Shown: in pieces, positions 62,830-64,000 of the stretch | Layout of the letters: every line of letters begins with the position of its first letter | Numbering within the stretch: the stretch's first letter is position 1 | NCBI RefSeq assembly: GCF_040938485.1 | Contig: NW_027272175.1 | Location: 62,001 to 126,000 of the forward strand | Length of the DNA stretch: 64,000 nt | From: Diadema antillarum | Taxonomy: Eukaryota | Direction of reading: 5' to 3' | Position numbers and translations under genes: made by a program | Notes under the pieces: model-generated | What the model was told of the DNA's origin: nothing | The model's database searches: none | Seen by the model: only the letters and a program-made list of their open reading frames with translations

Positions 62830-63204
62830 ATACCATTAATACACACCCATCTTAGAACTTTTCACTTTTCTTGCATAATAGAAGAACACTTGACTTGCCT
62901 CTTTCAGAAGGCAAGGGGGAATAATATTGCCCTTAACATATGGCAGAGACAAGACGAGGAAATATGCACTTTTTCAAAAAAGTAAAATTTTATGAAATTC
63001 TCTTTAGATTTTCCTTATATTGTTCTATGCATGTGACAGCATACACTGCAGTAGTCTTCTCATCCAGCAGTGACTGTGCAGATACTTTAAAAATTCAGAA
63101 CTTTGGAACAGAATTGTCTGATTTTCCCCAAACTTTCACTGATGTGTTCTACTAATATTGCTCCATTCACTCAATCCATATATCTATGAAGGTGGACTTG
63201 TCCT
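62830..63204 (-). mobile_element. K1 family partial copy
   Basis: Ends ATGAAGGTGGACTTGTCCT|TTAA; internal part is the reverse complement of about 5700-5900. Confidence 0.8.
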
Positions 63205-63301
63205 TTAAGATAATCTCACATGTTTGGTATGATGGCAGCACTTCTTCCTTTGTATGAAAGAGGCTGGCTTGGAGAATGGAAAGATGGATGTGTGTGCATC
63301 T

Positions 63302-64000
63302 TTTAACCCTATTCTAACTGTGCTATTTGAGACCAAATTTTTACTGGGGGGTCAATTTGACCCCCCTTCAGATCTCGGCTGCCGATGGTGCAATTGTGCA
63401 AAATTTTGACCGAACATAGAGCATAGAGATTATATGGTTATACAATAGAAAAATATTATTTTCTATTTTTAGTAAATTAATTATGCAAATATAAGCATGA
63501 AATCATATTTTCACCTGTAACTTAGGTAAAAAGACTGAAGGATTGCTAAATTTTTGTGTCAAATTCCTGAAGACACATCAGACAATTTTCTTGCAAAAAA
63601 GAAAGCACAATCAAAATTAATTTCTTTTGTTTTTATTGTTTTGTTAAGTTCTTATGTATTTTGTTTTCTATTGTTTTTCCCTAAATTTGTTGCAGGCACT
63701 TTTTCAAGTTTATATACATTAGCATTGATTAATCTCAATGATTAAAAGTCAAAAGGATCTGATTTATATCAATTTAACAAAGAAAAAAATGACAATTTGC
63801 TTTGGATTTGCACACAGTATCACAAATTTGAGCTGTTTTCGGGTTGACATGCATCCATATGCAAAACATTGCGTAACTTCAAAATGGTGTACCCTGACAT
63901 CGCAAATTTGGTCTCAAAATATGAGGGAGACTTCATTGAAAAAATTCATGAAATGGTGCAGCAAAATGTTTGCACGTTGCAGAATCACGGTGCAAAATGT
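63302..64000 (+). mobile_element. piggyBac-like non-autonomous element, left part (runs off the window)
   Basis: TTAA|CCCTATTCTAACTG.. followed by GGGGGGTCAATTTGACCCCCC; right end not seen. Confidence 0.55.

Noticed and set aside
63220-63267. 48-nt candidate upstream CEP112 exon (ccaAG..CAT|GTGAGA)
   Set aside because: The required phase-0 translation PASFIQRKKCCHHTKH is not coiled-coil-like and does not resemble the expected CEP112 segment.

Overview
Eukaryotic (metazoan) genomic DNA. The AT-rich, microsatellite- and MITE-rich texture resembles an invertebrate deuterostome such as a sea urchin, but the taxon is inference only. There are seven N-gaps. Two protein-coding genes are supported, both on the minus strand. 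(1) The 5' part of Axin: first coding exon 1306-2132 with two tankyrase-binding motifs and the RGS domain, a 5'UTR portion to 2288, and a probable non-coding first exon/promoter near 9.05-9.3 kb. Later Axin exons probably lie left of the window. (2) The last three coding exons of a CEP112 (CCDC46)-like coiled-coil gene (60591-60680, 59438-59503, 58572-58700). Between them is about 49 kb of CpG-retaining non-coding DNA with candidate enhancers and many non-autonomous DNA transposons. The main result is that the CEP112-to-Axin tandem arrangement matches the human CEP112-AXIN2 arrangement as I recall it. The Axin promoter and upstream region also carry TCF HMG sites paired with GCCGCC helper sites, suggesting an ancient Wnt-feedback regulatory block. 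Other highlights: two strong-context uORFs ahead of the Axin AUG, three tandem splice donors, a gene-body CpG-depletion footprint, and a young foldback element nested in an older MITE. No rRNA, tRNA, CRISPR array or intact transposase/RT ORF was found. Nearly all ORFs in the supplied track are spurious.
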